Assembly (NCBI GenBank): GCA_977017645.1
Contig: OZ360224.1
Location: forward strand, 20,150,001 to 20,214,000
Reading direction: 5' to 3'
Source of the DNA: Torpedo marmorata
Taxonomy: Eukaryota
Length of the DNA stretch: 64,000 nt
Of the stretch, positions 24,695 through 38,903 are shown piece by piece. The notes below the pieces were generated by a model. It did not search any database and had not been told where the DNA came from. It was given only the letters and a program-made list of their open reading frames with translations. How positions within the stretch are numbered: the first letter of the stretch is position 1; every line of letters begins with the position of its first letter. A program made the position numbers and the translations under genes.

Positions 24695-27131
24695 CACACC
24701 GTTTGACCCTGAGACAAAACTCACACTGTCTGACCCTGAGAAAAGACTCACACTGTCTGACACTGAGATCAGACACACAATATCTAACCATGAGATCTGA
24801 CTCTCACTATCTGACCACTGAGATCAAACTCACAATGTCTCACCCTTGAGACCAGACTCACAATTTTTGACCACTCAGATCAGACTCACACTCTCTGACC
24901 CTAAGACAAGACACAATGTCTACCCACTGAGAACAGTCACAGAGCCTTCCCCATGAGATCAGACTCACACTGTCTGACCCCTGATATCAGACTCACACCG
25001 TCTTCCCCCGAGATCAGACTCACACTGTCCAATTGTGAAATAAAAGACACACTAACTGACCCAGAGGTCAGACTCACACTGTCTGACCCTGGGACCACAC
25101 TCACTGTTTGAACCTGAGACCAGACTCTCAATGTTTGACGCGGAGACCAGACTCACACCCTCTGATATCTGTGATCAGACTCATACAGTTTGACCCTGAG
25201 ACAAGACTCACACTGTCTGACCTTGATAAAAGATTAACACTGTCCGATCCCTGAGATCAGACTCACACTGTCTGATCCCAGTGATCGGACTCACATTGTC
25301 TGACCACTGAGATCAGATGAACACTGTTCGACCACTGAGATCATACTCACACTGTCTGAAACCTCAGATCAGATTCACACTGTCTGACACTGAGATCAGA
25401 CTCACAACGTCTCACCCCTGAGACCAGACTGACACTGTTTGACCGCTCAGATCAGACTCACACTCTCTGACCCTTAGACCAGACACAATGTCTGACCACT
25501 GAGATCAGACTCATACTGACTGACCCCTGAGTTCAGATTCCAGCCGTTTGACCCCAGAGATCTGACTCACACTCTCTGACCCCGGAGACTAGACTCACAC
25601 TCTCTAACATCTGAGACCAAACTCACACCATCTGACCCCTGAGATCACACTCACACTGTCTGATCCTGCGACCAAACTCTCACTGTTTGACCCCTGAAAT
25701 CAATCTGACAGCGTCTGACACTGAGATCAGACTTACACTGTCTGACCACTGATCGGATTCTGTCTCACCACTGAGATAATACTCACAACGTCTGACCCCT
25801 GAGACCAGACATACACCGTCTGACCCTGAGATGTGACTCGCTATGTCTGACCACTGAGAACAGACTCACACAGTCTGACCCCTGAGGTCAAGTCTCAGTC
25901 TGTCTTACCCCTGATACCAGACTCACAGTGTCTGCCCACTGAGATCAGACTCACACTGTTCGACCACTGAGATCAGAATCATATTATCTTACCCCTGAGA
26001 GCAGACTCTCGCCATCCGATCCCTGAGATCAGACTAGCACTCTACGATCCTGAGACTCGTCAGTGTCTGACCCCTGAGATCTGACTCACATGGTGTGATC
26101 CGTGAGATCAGACTCGCACTGTCTGACTCCTGAGGTCAGACTCACATTATATGACCCCGACAATCAGACTCAGAATGCCTGACCTCGGGACCAGACACAC
26201 GGTCTAACTCCCGAGATCAGACTCACACTGTCTGACCCTGAGACCACACTCTCATTGTTTGACTCTGAGACCAGACTCTACAATGTTTAATGCTGAGACC
26301 AAACTCACATCGTCTGGCTCTGAGATCAACTTGCACCATCTGAACCCTGAGATCAGACTCTCACTGTCTGATCCCTGCGAACAGACTCTCACTGTCTGAT
26401 GCCTGAAACCCAACACACTAACACTGTCTGATACCTCAGATCAGATTCACACTGTCTGACCCTGAGATCACACTCACACTGTCAGATCCCTGAGAACAGA
26501 CTCACACTCTCTGACCCTTAGACCATACAGTGTCTGATTCCTGAGATCACACTCACACTGTCTGACCCTGTGACCAGACTGTTTGACCCCTGAAATCAGT
26601 CTGACAGCATCTGACCCTGAGATCAGATTCTCAGTTTCACCACTAAGATAAGACTCACAATGTCTTACCCCTCGGACTAGACTCAATCAGTCTGACCCCT
26701 GAGACCAGATTCATTCTGACTCACCCTGAGATCAGACTCATACTTTTGCATGAGGTCAGACTCACTCCATCTGACCCCTGAGGTCAGACTGACTCCATCT
26801 GACCCCTGAGGTCAGACTCACACTGTCTGACCCCTGAGGTCAGACTCACACCATCTGACCCCTGAGGTCAGACTCACACCATCTGACCCCTGAGATAAAA
26901 CTCACACCGTTTGACCCTGAGAAAAGACTCACACTGTCTGACACTGAGATCAGACACACAATATCTAACCATGAGATCTGACTCTCACTATCTGACCACT
27001 GAGATCAACATCTGACCCCTGAGACCAGACTCACACGGCCTGGTCTCGGAGATGTGACTCACAATGTGTGATCACTGAGATCAGACTGACAATGTCTGAC
27101 CCCTGAGAGCATACTCATACTGTCTGCCCCC
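24695..27131. repeat. 27/28-bp satellite, block 2
   Basis: Same unit and orientation as block 1. Confidence 0.96.
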
Positions 27132-30100
27132 TGATGCACCATCAATAACTCCAAAGACTAGAAGTTAGACAGGAACTGATAGGCTTTTATTCACATTGGA
27201 ATGGATGTACACTCCTGGTGGTCATCTGAGCTGGAATGGGGAGGGAGCTGTGGCCCAATAGCCTTTATTCAGGGGTCTGTGGGAGGAGCCACAGGTACAG
27301 CCAGTAAGGGGAGTGTCCAGACCACCATAAACATATATACAGGTATTTACAGTGGTTTACCACATTCACCCCTCCTTTTTAAAAGAGTCCTGCGGGGTGA
27401 AGTGAATTAAAGTTCTCACAGATTGAGTCTTTCAGGTGGTCTGGTCTGCCGCTGCAACCGTCGTAGTACCGGCTGCGGCACAGCTGTTGCATCCAGTTCT
27501 GAGTGGACCACCTGTGTGTTGTTGTCGGCTCTGTCCGGGTGGATGCGTGGCGGCAAAGTATCTGGCAAGCCACCCCCCGGAGCTAGGGTCACTTGCCATT
27601 GTAGGGGTGCATCGTGGGTGGTGGTGGGTGGGGAGGGGGCAGGGCGATCGTCAGTGGTGTCAGGGACTCCTGAGGGCGCCAGGTCCCGAACGGAGACCGT
27701 GTCCTCCCGCTCATCAGGATATGTCACGTAGGCGTATTTGGGGTTGGCGTGGAGGAGATGGACCCTTTCGACCAGTGGGTCCTGCTTATGGCTCCTCGCA
27801 TTCCTCCGGAGTAGGACCGGCCCTGGGGACGTCAGCCAGGACAGCAGCGTGGTCCCTGAAGCGGACTTCCTAGGAAAGGAAAACATTCTCTCATGTGGAG
27901 TGGCATTGGTGGCTGTGCACAAAAGTGATCTGATTGAATGGAGTGCCTCGGGGAGTACCTCTTGCCAGCGATAGACTGGAAAAACCTCTTGACCTTAGGG
28001 CTAGGAGGGTGGCCTTCCAAACAGTAGCGTTCTCCCTCTCCACCTGCCCGTTCCCTCGGGGGTTATAACTGGTGGTCCTACTCGTGGCGATGCCTCTGGC
28101 CAGCAGGTACTGACGCAGCTCATCACTCATATAAGAGGACACCCGGTCGCTATGAATATAGCAGGGGTACCCAAAGAGGGTGAAAAGGTTGCGTAGGACC
28201 TTGATGACTGTGGCTGTGGTCATGTCCGGGCAGGGGATGGCGAATGGGAAACGTGAGTATTCATCAATAATGTTGAGGAAGTACACGTTGCAGTCAAAGG
28301 AGGGGAGGGGTCCCTTGAAGTCAATGCTCAGGCGTTCAAAGGGGCGGGTGGCTTTTATCAGGTGCACTCTGTCTGGTCGGTAGAAGTGTGGTTTGCACTC
28401 TGCACAGATCTGGCAGTTCCTGGTCATGGTCCTGACCTCCTCGATGGAATAAGGTAGGTTGCAGGCTTTTATAAAATGGAAGAATCTGGTGACCCCGGGG
28501 TGGCAGAGGTCACTGTGGAGGGCTTGTAGGCGGTCTATTTGTGCGCTGGCACATGTTCTGCGGGAAAGGGCATCTGGGGACTCATTGAGTTTACTTTGCC
28601 GGTACAAGATATCGTAATTGTAGGTGGAAAGTTCAATTCTCCACCTCAGAATCTTGTCGTTCTTAATTTTACCTCGCTGTTGGTTATTGAACATAAACGC
28701 AACTGAACGTTGGTCAGTGAGCAAGGTAAACCGTTTTCCGGCAAGGTAGTGCCTCCAGTGCCGCACCGCCTCAACAATGGCTTGGGCCTCTTTCTTGACA
28801 GAGGAGTGTCGGATTTCTGGGCACTGGAGGGTGCGGGAAAAGAAAGCTATGGGTCTGCCCGCTTGGTTAAGGGTGGTGGCCAGGGCGAAATCGGATGTAT
28901 CTCTCTCCACCTGGAACGGGGTGGATTCGTCCACAGTGTGCATCGCGGCCTTGGCGATGTCCGCTTTGATGCAGCTGAAGGCCACACGAGCCTCTGACAT
29001 CAAGGGAAAAGAGGTGGATTTGACGAGGGGGCGGGCCTTGTCTGTATAATTGGGGACCCACTGGGCATAATAGGAAAAGAAGCCCAGGCACCTTTTCAGG
29101 GCTTTGAGGCTGTGGGGAAGGGGAAGTTCCAACAGGGGGCGCATGCGGTCTGGATCTGGGCCAATTACTCCATCCTGTATGACGCAGCCAAGGATTGCCA
29201 GGCGTGTTGTGCCAAAGACGCATTTATCCCTATTATAAGTAAGGTTAAGGAGCTTGGCGGTCTGAAGGAATTTTTGGAGGTTGGCTTCATGATCCTGTAG
29301 GTCATGGCCGCAAATGGTGATATTATCCAGATACGGGAATGTGGCCTGCAGCCCGTACTGGTCGACCATGCGGTCCATCTCCCGCTGGAAGACCGAGACC
29401 CCGTTGATGACACCAAAGGGGACCCTCAGGAAATGATAGAAGCGGCCAGCTGCCTCGAAGGCAGTGTATTGGCTGTCCTCCGGTCGGATGGGGAGTTGGT
29501 GGTATGCTGACTTTAAGTCGATGGTGGAGAATACCCGGTATTGTGCGATCTGGTTCACCATGTCGGCTATGCAGGGGAGGGGGTACGCGTCCAGCTGCGT
29601 ATATCTGTTGATGGTCTGACTATAATTGATGACCATCCTGTTCTTTTCCCCATTTTTTACCACTACCACTTGGGCTCTCCAGGGGCTGGTGCTGGCTTCA
29701 ATGATCCCCTCCTTCAACAACCGTTGCACTTCCGACCTGAAAAAGGCCCTGTCCCCGGCACTGTATCGCCTACTTTTGGTGGCCACGGGTTTGCAGTCGG
29801 GGGTACGATTAGTGAACAATGGTGGGGGGGCGATCCGAAGGGTAGAAAGGCCGCAGGTCGCGCGCAGTGGGCGGTCGGCGGGTCACTGGCTGGACACGAT
29901 GGGAGGGGGACCCGGGGAGCTTCTGTGGGTGACTTGCGATGGGCGGTTCACAAACTGCGGATTACAGACGGTAAGAGGGGGATGAGGCCCATCGTACTCC
30001 AATGTCATGCTTTTAAGGTGACATTGGAAGTCTAGCCCCAGTAGCACGTCCGCGCAGAGCTGTGTCATGACCAGTAATTTAAAGTTTTTATATTCTGTGG

Positions 30101-31550
30101 CCAGAACGGTCAGGGTCACTACACAGTACCCGCGGATCTCTGCTGTGTGGGACTTGGAAGTCATGGAGACTTTATGGCTTACCTGCATTACCGCGAGTCG
30201 GTAACGCTGTACCGTGTCAGGGTGTATAAAGATCTCCGTGCTCCCACTGTCGAAAAGGCAGCTCGTCCTGTGGCCATCCACCTCAATGTCCATCATCGAT
30301 CTGGCCAGTTGATGGGGGCTCCCTTGATTGAGAGTGATGGAGGCCAGTACAGAGTCGCAGTCGGATTCTGTAGGGGTGATGTGATGCTCGGGTGTTCGGT
30401 CCCAAGATGGCGGCCCCCATGGTTCGCACGCGGCACTGCTGGGTTGGGAAGATGACATCATCCAAGATGGCGGCGCCCTCTGTTCGCACGCAGCGCTGCT
30501 GGGTCCAGCAGGCGGTTGGGACTTACAGACTTTCGCGTAGTGCCCCTTCTTCTTGCAGTTAGCGCAGACCATGTCTTTCGCTGGGCAGCATTTCCGGGGG
30601 TGCTTATCCAATCCGCAGAAGTAACACTTCGGCTGGTTGCGGGTCATAGCAGCCGTGGTCGAGTCGGTAATGGAACGTGGCGGTGTTCCACAGGCTTACG
30701 ACCCTCCCGCGTTCCAAGACGGCGTTGCCTGCGGCAACCACAGTGCGGTCGCGCTATCGGCCGAGTATGCGTCCATGTTTTGGAGGGCCACTTCTAATGT
30801 GTCTGCTGGTTCACAGCCCTCCGCAAGTCGAGCTCACCTTGCTCCAACAGTTTCTGCCTTATGTAGTTAGATCGGAAACCGGCGACATAGGCATCCCTTA
30901 TGAGGTCCTCTGTGTATGTCACGACCGTAACGGCCGCGCAGTTGCAGGCCCGTCCGAGGGTTCGCAGGGCTAGTAGATACTCATCACTCGATTCCCCCAG
31001 GTCGCTGTTTTCGGGTAGCTAGGAGATGTCTTGCGTAGACTTGGTTTACCGTCTTCAGGTATTGGCCTTTTAGCGTGTCCATCCTGGTAAGATTCAGCGT
31101 CCCTGATCATGAAGTACACCCGGGGCCCGACCAGGGAATGTAGTAGTTGTAGTTTGTCGTCTTCTGATTGGACGACAGCAGCGGAGGCCCTCAAGAATGC
31201 CTCGAAACAACGCAGCCAGTGTTCGAAACAGTTGGATGCCTCAGGTGATCGAGGGTCTAGCTCCAACTTTTCCGGTTTCAGGTACTGATCCATTATCGAA
31301 AACAATGTGAATAAAATTGATGCACCATCAATAACTCCAAAGACTAGAAGTTAGACAGGAACTGACAGGCTTTTATTCACATTGGAATGGATGTACACTC
31401 CTGGTGGTCGTCTGAGCTGGAATGGGGAGGGAGCTGTGGCACAATAGCCTTTATTCAGGGGTCTATGGGAGGAGCCACAGGTACAGCCAGTAAGGGGCGT
31501 GCCCAGATGACCATAAACATATATACATGTATTTACAGTGTTTTACCACA
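27132..31550 (-). mobile_element. Full-length Gypsy element (Mag-like gag) inserted in the satellite
   Basis: 233-bp LTRs 27132-27364 and 31318-31550; double Cys-His finger CYFC..H..C / CANC..H..C; PR LFDSGS; RT YLDN; RH; IN; PPT 27365-27380. Confidence 0.95.
27891..29819 (-). pseudogene. pol RT-RNase H-integrase (642 aa open, then frameshift)
   Basis: SPWRAQVVVV, IDLKSAYHQ, VPFG, YLDN (catalytic D lost), DFKGPLP. Confidence 0.88.
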
Positions 31551-31554
31551 TTCA

Positions 31555-33510
31555 CCCCAAGATCAGACTTGCACTCTCTGATCCTGAGATCAGTCACAGT
31601 GTCTGATCCCTGAGATCAGAATCACACAGTCTGACCCTGAGACCAGACTGTCAATGTTTGATCCCTGAGACCAGAATCACACCTTCTGACCCCTGATATC
31701 TGACTCACAAAGTTAGACGCCTGAAACGAGACTCACACCGTTTGACCCCTGAGTTCAGACTCACTCCGTCTGGCCGCTGAGACTAGATTCAAACCGTCTG
31801 ACCCTTGAGGTCAGACTCACACCGTCTGACGCCTGAGATAAATCTCACACCGTTTGACCCTGATACAAGACCCACACTGTCTGACCTTCAGAAAAGACTC
31901 ACACTGTCTGATCCCTGAGATCAGACTGACACTGTCTGACAACTGAGACCAGACTCACACTGTTTGACCTCTCAGATCAGACTCACACTCTCTGACCCTA
32001 AGACCAGACACAAAGACTGCCCACTGAGATCAGACTCACACCGTCTTCACCCTGATATCAGACTCACACTGTCTGCCCTCTGAGATCAGACTCACACTGT
32101 CCGACCATGAGATCAGAATCATAATATCTCAGCCCTGAGGTCAGACTCACACTGTATGACCGTGAGATCAGCGACACACTGACTTACCCTGAGATCGGAC
32201 TCCCACTGGCTGACCGAGAGATCAGACTCACACTGACTAACCTTGAGACTGACTCTCACAGTTTGACCCCTGAGATCTGACTCACGCCGTCTGGCCTCTG
32301 AGATCAGACTCACACCGTCTGACCCTGAGATGTGATTCACAATGTGTGACCACTGAGATTAGTTTCACAATATCTGACCCCTGAGACTAGACTCACACAG
32401 TCTGTTCACTGAGATCAGGCTGATACTGTCTGACTAATGAGATCAGACTGACAATGTCTGACCCCTGAGACCAGACTCACACTCTCTGAACCTGAGAGCA
32501 GACACACACTGTCGGACCCCTGAGATCAGACTCTCACTGTCTGACCTGCAAGATCAGACATGCACTCTTTGACCCTGAGATCAGTCACAGTGTCTGATCA
32601 AAATCACACTGTCTGACCCTGAGACCAGACTGCCAATGTTTGATCCCTGAGAACAGACTTACACCGTTTGACCCTTGATATCAGACCCACTCCTTCTGAC
32701 CCATGTGAGACTCACACCGTCTGACCTCTGAGATAAAACTCACACCGTTTGACTCTGAGACAATAAGCACCCTCTCTGTCCTTGAGAATAGACTCACTGT
32801 CTGATCCCTGGGAACAGACTCACCGTTTGACACCTCAGATTGAATTCACAGTGTCTGACACTGAGATCAGACTCACAATGTCTCGCCCTTGAGACTGGAG
32901 ATCAGACTTACACTGTCTTACCCTGAGACCACACTCCAGAAGGTTGTTACCTCGGCTTGTGACATCACGGGCACCAAACTTCACTCCATCGAGGACATCT
33001 ACATGAGGCGATGTCTTAATAAAGCAGCCTCTATCCTCAAGGACCCCCACCACCCAGGCCATGCCCTCTTCACGCTGCTTCCATCGGGGAAAAGGTACAG
33101 GAGCCTAAAGACGAGCACTCAACGGCACAAGGTCAGCTTCTTCCCCGCTGCCATCAGATTCCTGAACAATCAATGAACCAAAGACACTAGTGCACTATTG
33201 TTTATAATTTTTATATAGTAATGTCGTTAGAATGGTTAATATGAATGTTAATTGCACTATGATGCTGCCGCAAAGCACCGAATTTCATGACTTGTTCATG
33301 ACAATAAATTCTGATTCTGATTCTGATTCTGATTCTGTTTGACACCTCAGATCAGACTCACACTCTCTGACCCTAAGCCCAGACACAATGTCTGCCCACT
33401 GAGATCAGACTCACACCGTCTTACCCCTGATATCAGACTCACACTGTCCGACCATGAGATCAGAGACACACTGACTGACCCAGAGATCAGACTCACACTG
33501 TCTGACCCTG
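31555..33510. repeat. 27/28-bp satellite, block 3 (contains a Rex1 fragment)
   Basis: Same unit and orientation as blocks 1-2. Confidence 0.95.
32930..33336 (+). mobile_element. Rex1/Babar-type LINE 3' end
   Basis: Reverse-complement match to 23292-23690; KDPHHPGHALFTLLPSGKRYRS; (ttctga)n tail. Confidence 0.88.
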
Positions 33511-34137
33511 TGTTATATATAGATTGTGGAGAAACACGTGGCCTCCCTGCCTCTCTGGTATATTGTGGATTGCGGGTGATCACGTGTCCTTCCTGTCTGA
33601 AACTTATTTGGAAGTCACATCACCTGTCAATCAAGGTTGTACTCCGGCCAGCCATTAATGCATACCTTGCCGTTGGCTAATTTAAATCATCTAGGGTCAT
33701 TATTGGTTAGACGCCCAGATCAGAACTGTATAAAACATCGATGCATAGCACATTCTTTCTCTTTGCCTCGTGGTCCAAGCCCCGGACATCTATCCACGCC
33801 AGGTCGCTACTGTGGACATCGCTGGAAGAGTCGCGGGTAAGGTATGCACTACACTTAAGCTGAGCCATAGTACTGTGATAGATCAGTGCTCGTTGGTACA
33901 GGGAACCGGGAGTGTGTGTGAAAGACCCTGTCTGTAGAGTGTGTGAGAAAAGGCGGCCACTGGTATCCGAGTCCAACCTGGGTCCGATATGAATGTCTAT
34001 AGCGTTGTTTAGTAGGAGAGTAATTGAGCACCATTTGATGTTCTCCCCTGTTTGTCTCCTGTGTGTTCATTAAAGTTACCTGTGATTGTAACACTTGTGT
34101 CCAGACTTATCTCTCTGTGAACCCACCGAACCTGACA
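33511..34137 (+). mobile_element. Probable solo LTR
   Basis: Starts tgtta; tataaaa near 33729; donor-like g|gtaagg near 33837; attaaa near 34069; ends at taaca (34093) or tgaca (34137). Confidence 0.6.
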
Positions 34138-35303
34138 CTCTTCCAAACACAGCAATAACCCTGCACGCAGTCTAGGTGCACATGCTGGAAATTGGAATCT
34201 GGAACAACAAAATCCCACAGTTGGATTTCGTGTGTCTCGAGACTTTAGAGCTTTGACATGGCAAGCAGTTCCTCGCACACAGTCCAACATCCCGTTTAAC
34301 ATGAGGCCAGGTAAAACATTCCAAAACTAGTTTGATAGATGCTCTTCTACCAGGATGTGATAGTGTTATGGACCATGACTGACAGTTTGCACTGCGGACG
34401 GTAAGCAGGAAGGATGAAGTCTTTTGGAGTATACACTGGGACCTGGTACTGAAAGAGTTAACTTGCCCAGGACTTCTTGTATTTACCAGAGAGAGACACC
34501 AGGGGGAGAAAAACTGTGGAAAGATACTTGGGTGTGGAACTTTTGAAGAAGGGAGTGAGAGAAAAGACTTTCTACAGTAAGGCCTGAAGTTCAGTCGTGG
34601 AAAACTGAATCAGTGGCAGTTTTGGAGTTGAAAAGGCAGGAGAACTCAGCAGGATCCAGGCTTGTGCATCCCAGAGAAGAAGTTGGGAGAATAGCACAGA
34701 GTCTATTGAATCAGAAAAGTCCAGGCTTGTGCATCCCAGGGGAAACGGCTGGGAGAAATACGAGGCCGGGTGATTCAGCAAAATCCTGAGTTGAGAGCAG
34801 CTTTTGTGAAGAACAGACTGTGAGATCCAAGTACACGCCTTAATCTGAATTCGCAATCCTTGTGAAAACACCAGAAGAGAAAGTCATCAGAGAAGAAAAG
34901 CAAGCCAAGTATTCGTAAGCATAAACAGTCATTGTCTCTCTCTAACGTTCATTAAGAAGTCCTGCTTGCCAGCATACAGAGCTGAATTTGGACCATGAAC
35001 ATAGAGAGTGAATTTTTGTGGACTGTATTTTTGGGACTGACTTGTTTTTTTATGACTGACCTGGGGTTTTTGGGGAAAGTTTTTCCATTTTTACATGAGG
35101 GTTGGGCATAGACTATAATGGTCTGGCCTTTACACACACACACACACACACACCTTTTAGATAAGAATAGTGTTTATAGACGTTTATAGTGGGTTTAATT
35201 GTTGTGAAATTATATGTTTAATTGTCTTTAATAAATATAAATTTCAATTTTACCCCTTTTGCATTGCGTCTTCTGTCGTTGCTGGTTTGAATTTGTAACA
35301 AAT

Positions 35304-35326
35304 TGGGGGCTCGTCTGGGATTTGAA
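35304..35326 (+). promoter_or_regulatory. Primer-binding site, tRNA-Pro
   Basis: tgggggctcgtctgggatttgaa three bases after the 5' LTR. Confidence 0.88.
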
Positions 35327-38300
35327 ATAAAAATCCATCTTGGTAATTGAAGGAATCCCAGTCTGGTTTAAACATTCCTTTTGTAAAGATAATTAAAATG
35401 CTAGTGTGTGTGTAATGACAAACCAGCAACAATGGATGTAGAAAAAGTTTTGGAATCACCTGAATCTGATACTTTAAAAAAGGCGAAAAAAGAACAGTTA
35501 GTGGCTATAGCAACAGAGTTGGTCATTGCTTCAGTAAAACCATCAATGAAAAAGGCAGAGATTGGGAGAAAAATTGTCAAATGCTATATAAAAGAAAAAA
35601 AGTTTGAGGAGAGCGTGTTAGAGCAATTTCCCAAGGGTAAACCTTCTGAAAACATACAGTTGGAACTAAAGAAATTAGAATTGGAGGCAGCCAGGGAACA
35701 AAAGAAAGTAGACAGGGAAATGGAACAAAATAAATGAGACAGGGAATTGGAACAAAATAAATTGGAATTGGAGGTAATAGCCAGGGAACAAAAGAGATTA
35801 GACTTAGAGAACGAGGAGAAAAATAGGAAATATGAGCTGGAAAAGATAACGTTGGAAAATGAGAGGAGACGAGAAGAGCAAAAAGATCAAATTCGTCATC
35901 CTTTTGAGGGGATTTTGGCTAGTAGAGAAGTTAGGTTGGTTCCTCCATTTGAGGAGGCAGAAATAGATAAGCACTTCCAGCATTTTGAGAAGGTGGCTGT
36001 GAAATTAAAATGGCCACAAGACCAATGGTCTCTTATGTTACAAAGTGTAATAAAAGGAAAAGCTCAGCAAGCTTATTCTACTCTTATCACGGAGCAAGCT
36101 GCTGGTTATGAAATGGTGAAAAAGGCTACACTCCAGGCTTATGAGTTAGTTCCAGAGGCTTAAAGACAGAAGTTTAGAAATTTAAAAAGATCAGCAACCC
36201 AATCTTACACAGAGTTTGACAATGAAAAGGTTGTGTGTTTTGACCGGTGGTGCACATCTAAGGCGGTAATCAATGATTACAATCAATTGAGAGAATTGAT
36301 AATAATTGAGGAGATAAAAAGGTGTGTTCCTGAGGATATTAAGGCATACTTAGATGAAAAGGAGGTGCAAACTTGGCAAAATTCAGCTAAGTTAGCAGAT
36401 GAATATGCTTTAACCCACAAGCTTCAGTGGACATCAGGCAGAGTTTTCCAAAAGGTCACTGTGGATAATCCCAAGCAAGTGGAAAGTAAATTTGGAAGTG
36501 GTGTTAAGGAAAGGGATGAAGGAAAGTGGAAAAGGGAAAACCCTTCGGGTCCCATTTGCCACTACTGTAGGAAGGCTGGTCATATGCTAGCAAGCTGTCC
36601 AGTGTTGAAAAAGAAGAGAGAAAAGGATGCAACACCTAATGCTTGTATTCAGAGTGAGAAGAGGCATAACACCCAGGAAGGAGATAAAGTTACTGACAAA
36701 GTTAGGGATGTATTTAAACCTTTTGTGACTGATGGTTTTGTTTCAGTTAAGGCAGGATCAAAACAAGTTCCAGTGAAAATCTTGCGAGATACTGGAGCTG
36801 CTCAGTCACATGTGTTAGATAGTGTTCTGGAATTTTTTGAAGCTACTGACCGGTTACCGGTGACATGAATTTATTTAAAGGAATTGGGGGTGATGTTGAC
36901 TCCATTCCTTTGCACAAAATAGTGTTGGACTCGGCCTTGGTGGAAGGACCTGTTATAATAGGAGTGAGATCAGAGTTGCAGAAGAAGGAGTCTCACTGTT
37001 GTTAGGCAATGACTTGGCCAAGGGTAAAGTAATTCCTGCAGTGCGAATGACCACTAAGCCAGTCATTGATAAGTCAGAGAAAGACTCTGATATTTATCCA
37101 GCATGTGCCATAACCAGGGCCATGTCTAAGAAAAATGTCACTGTAGAGAAGGCAGTAGAAACTACATTGGTGAAAGAAAAAGTCAGTGATAATCAAGAAC
37201 ACCTGGAAAAGGTTGAGCAATCTCCTGTGTTACACCCATCCACTGATAAGACACCGAAAGGCACAGATTTATCACTATCCCGACAGGAGCTAATGGGAAG
37301 GCAAAAGGACGATCCTGATCTTGCTGAGGTGAGGGATAAGGTTCTCTCTGAAGAGGAGATTAAAAAGGTGCCAGTGGGTTATCATGAAAAAGATGGGGTG
37401 TTGATGAGAAAGTGGAGACCATGTGATGTTCCTGCCAATGAATAATGGGCAGTAGTGCAGCAGGTTGTGATCCCTAAAGTATATAGGGATGCAATAATAA
37501 CTTTGGCTCATAGTACACCCTTAGGTGGTCACCTTGGGGTGAAGAAAACTATAAGGTAGGTAATGAAACAATTTTATTGGCCCAGTTTGAGAAGGGAGGT
37601 TGTAAGCTTTTGCCGGGCCTGTCACACTTGTCAGGTGGTGGGTAAACCTAATCAGGGTCCCCCGATGGCACCCTTGCAGTGAGCCTTTCTCGAGAGTGAT
37701 TGTGGACTGTGTTGGCCCATTGCCCAAAACCAAAGTGGGGAATGAGTATTTGTTAACAATTATGTGTGCAGCCACCAGATTTCCAGAGGCCATTCCTCTG
37801 AGAAACATTAAAGCAAAGTCAATTGTAAAGGCTATGGTAAAGTTTTTCACCTTGGTAGGTTTGCCAAGGGAAATTCAATCAGATCAGGGCAGTAATTTCA
37901 TGTCAGGCATTTTCCAACAAGTGGTTGATGGACTGGGAGTTAAACAGATTGTATCCTCTGCGTACCATCCAGAAAGTCAAGGGGCCTTGGAGAGGTTCCA
38001 TTCGACTTTGAAGAACATGATTAGAACCTATTGTTGTGAGAAGGAAAAGGATTGGGATGAGGGGGTTCATTTGTTGTTATTTGCAGCGAGGGAGTCTGTC
38101 CAACAATCACTTGGTTTTAGTCCATTCGAGTTAGTTTTCGGACATGAGGTGAGAGGTCCTTAAAGATTATTAAAAGAACAGTGGATTAATAGTGATGTGC
38201 ATTTAAATCTGTTGGATTATGTTTCAAAATTTAAGGATCGGTTGCATAGGGCTTGTGAGATGGCAAAGGAGAATTTAAAGGCCACTCAACAGAGAATGAA

Positions 38301-38903
38301 TGTTTGGTATGTTCGAAAGGCTAAGATGAGAACTTTTAAACCTGGTGAGAACGTATTAGTTCTGTTTCCCATCCATTCAAATCATCTTAGGGCTAGATTT
38401 TCAGTACCCTATAGAGTTAAGTCAAAAATTAATGATATCACCTATGTCATAGAAACACCTAATCGCAGACGAGACACACAGGTCTGTCATGTGAATATAG
38501 TTAAGCCATATTTTGAACAGGTGCCGCACAAAGAGACTGAACATTTACCAGAGGTGCTGGTTATTGATCAGGGTAAGGAGGAGACAGATAAAACCAGTTT
38601 CAGAGAGGGTCATGGGACACAGAAATTGATAAGGCCGAGGTTAGAAAATTCCATGATTTTGCGCAATCTGGAATCAAAGTTAGCTCATCTGATAACTTCA
38701 GAAAAGGAAGAGATGAGTCAGTTATTTTTAAAATTTATAAATTTATTTCCAGATGTGGCTCAGAAAATTTCCATCGCTTATCATGATGTGGATGTAGGAG
38801 ATGCAAGACCGATAAAACAGCATCCCTATCGAATCAATGCAGAAAAGTGCAAACTGGTAGATCTGGAAATTGACTACATGGTAAAGAACAATATCATTCG
38901 AAA

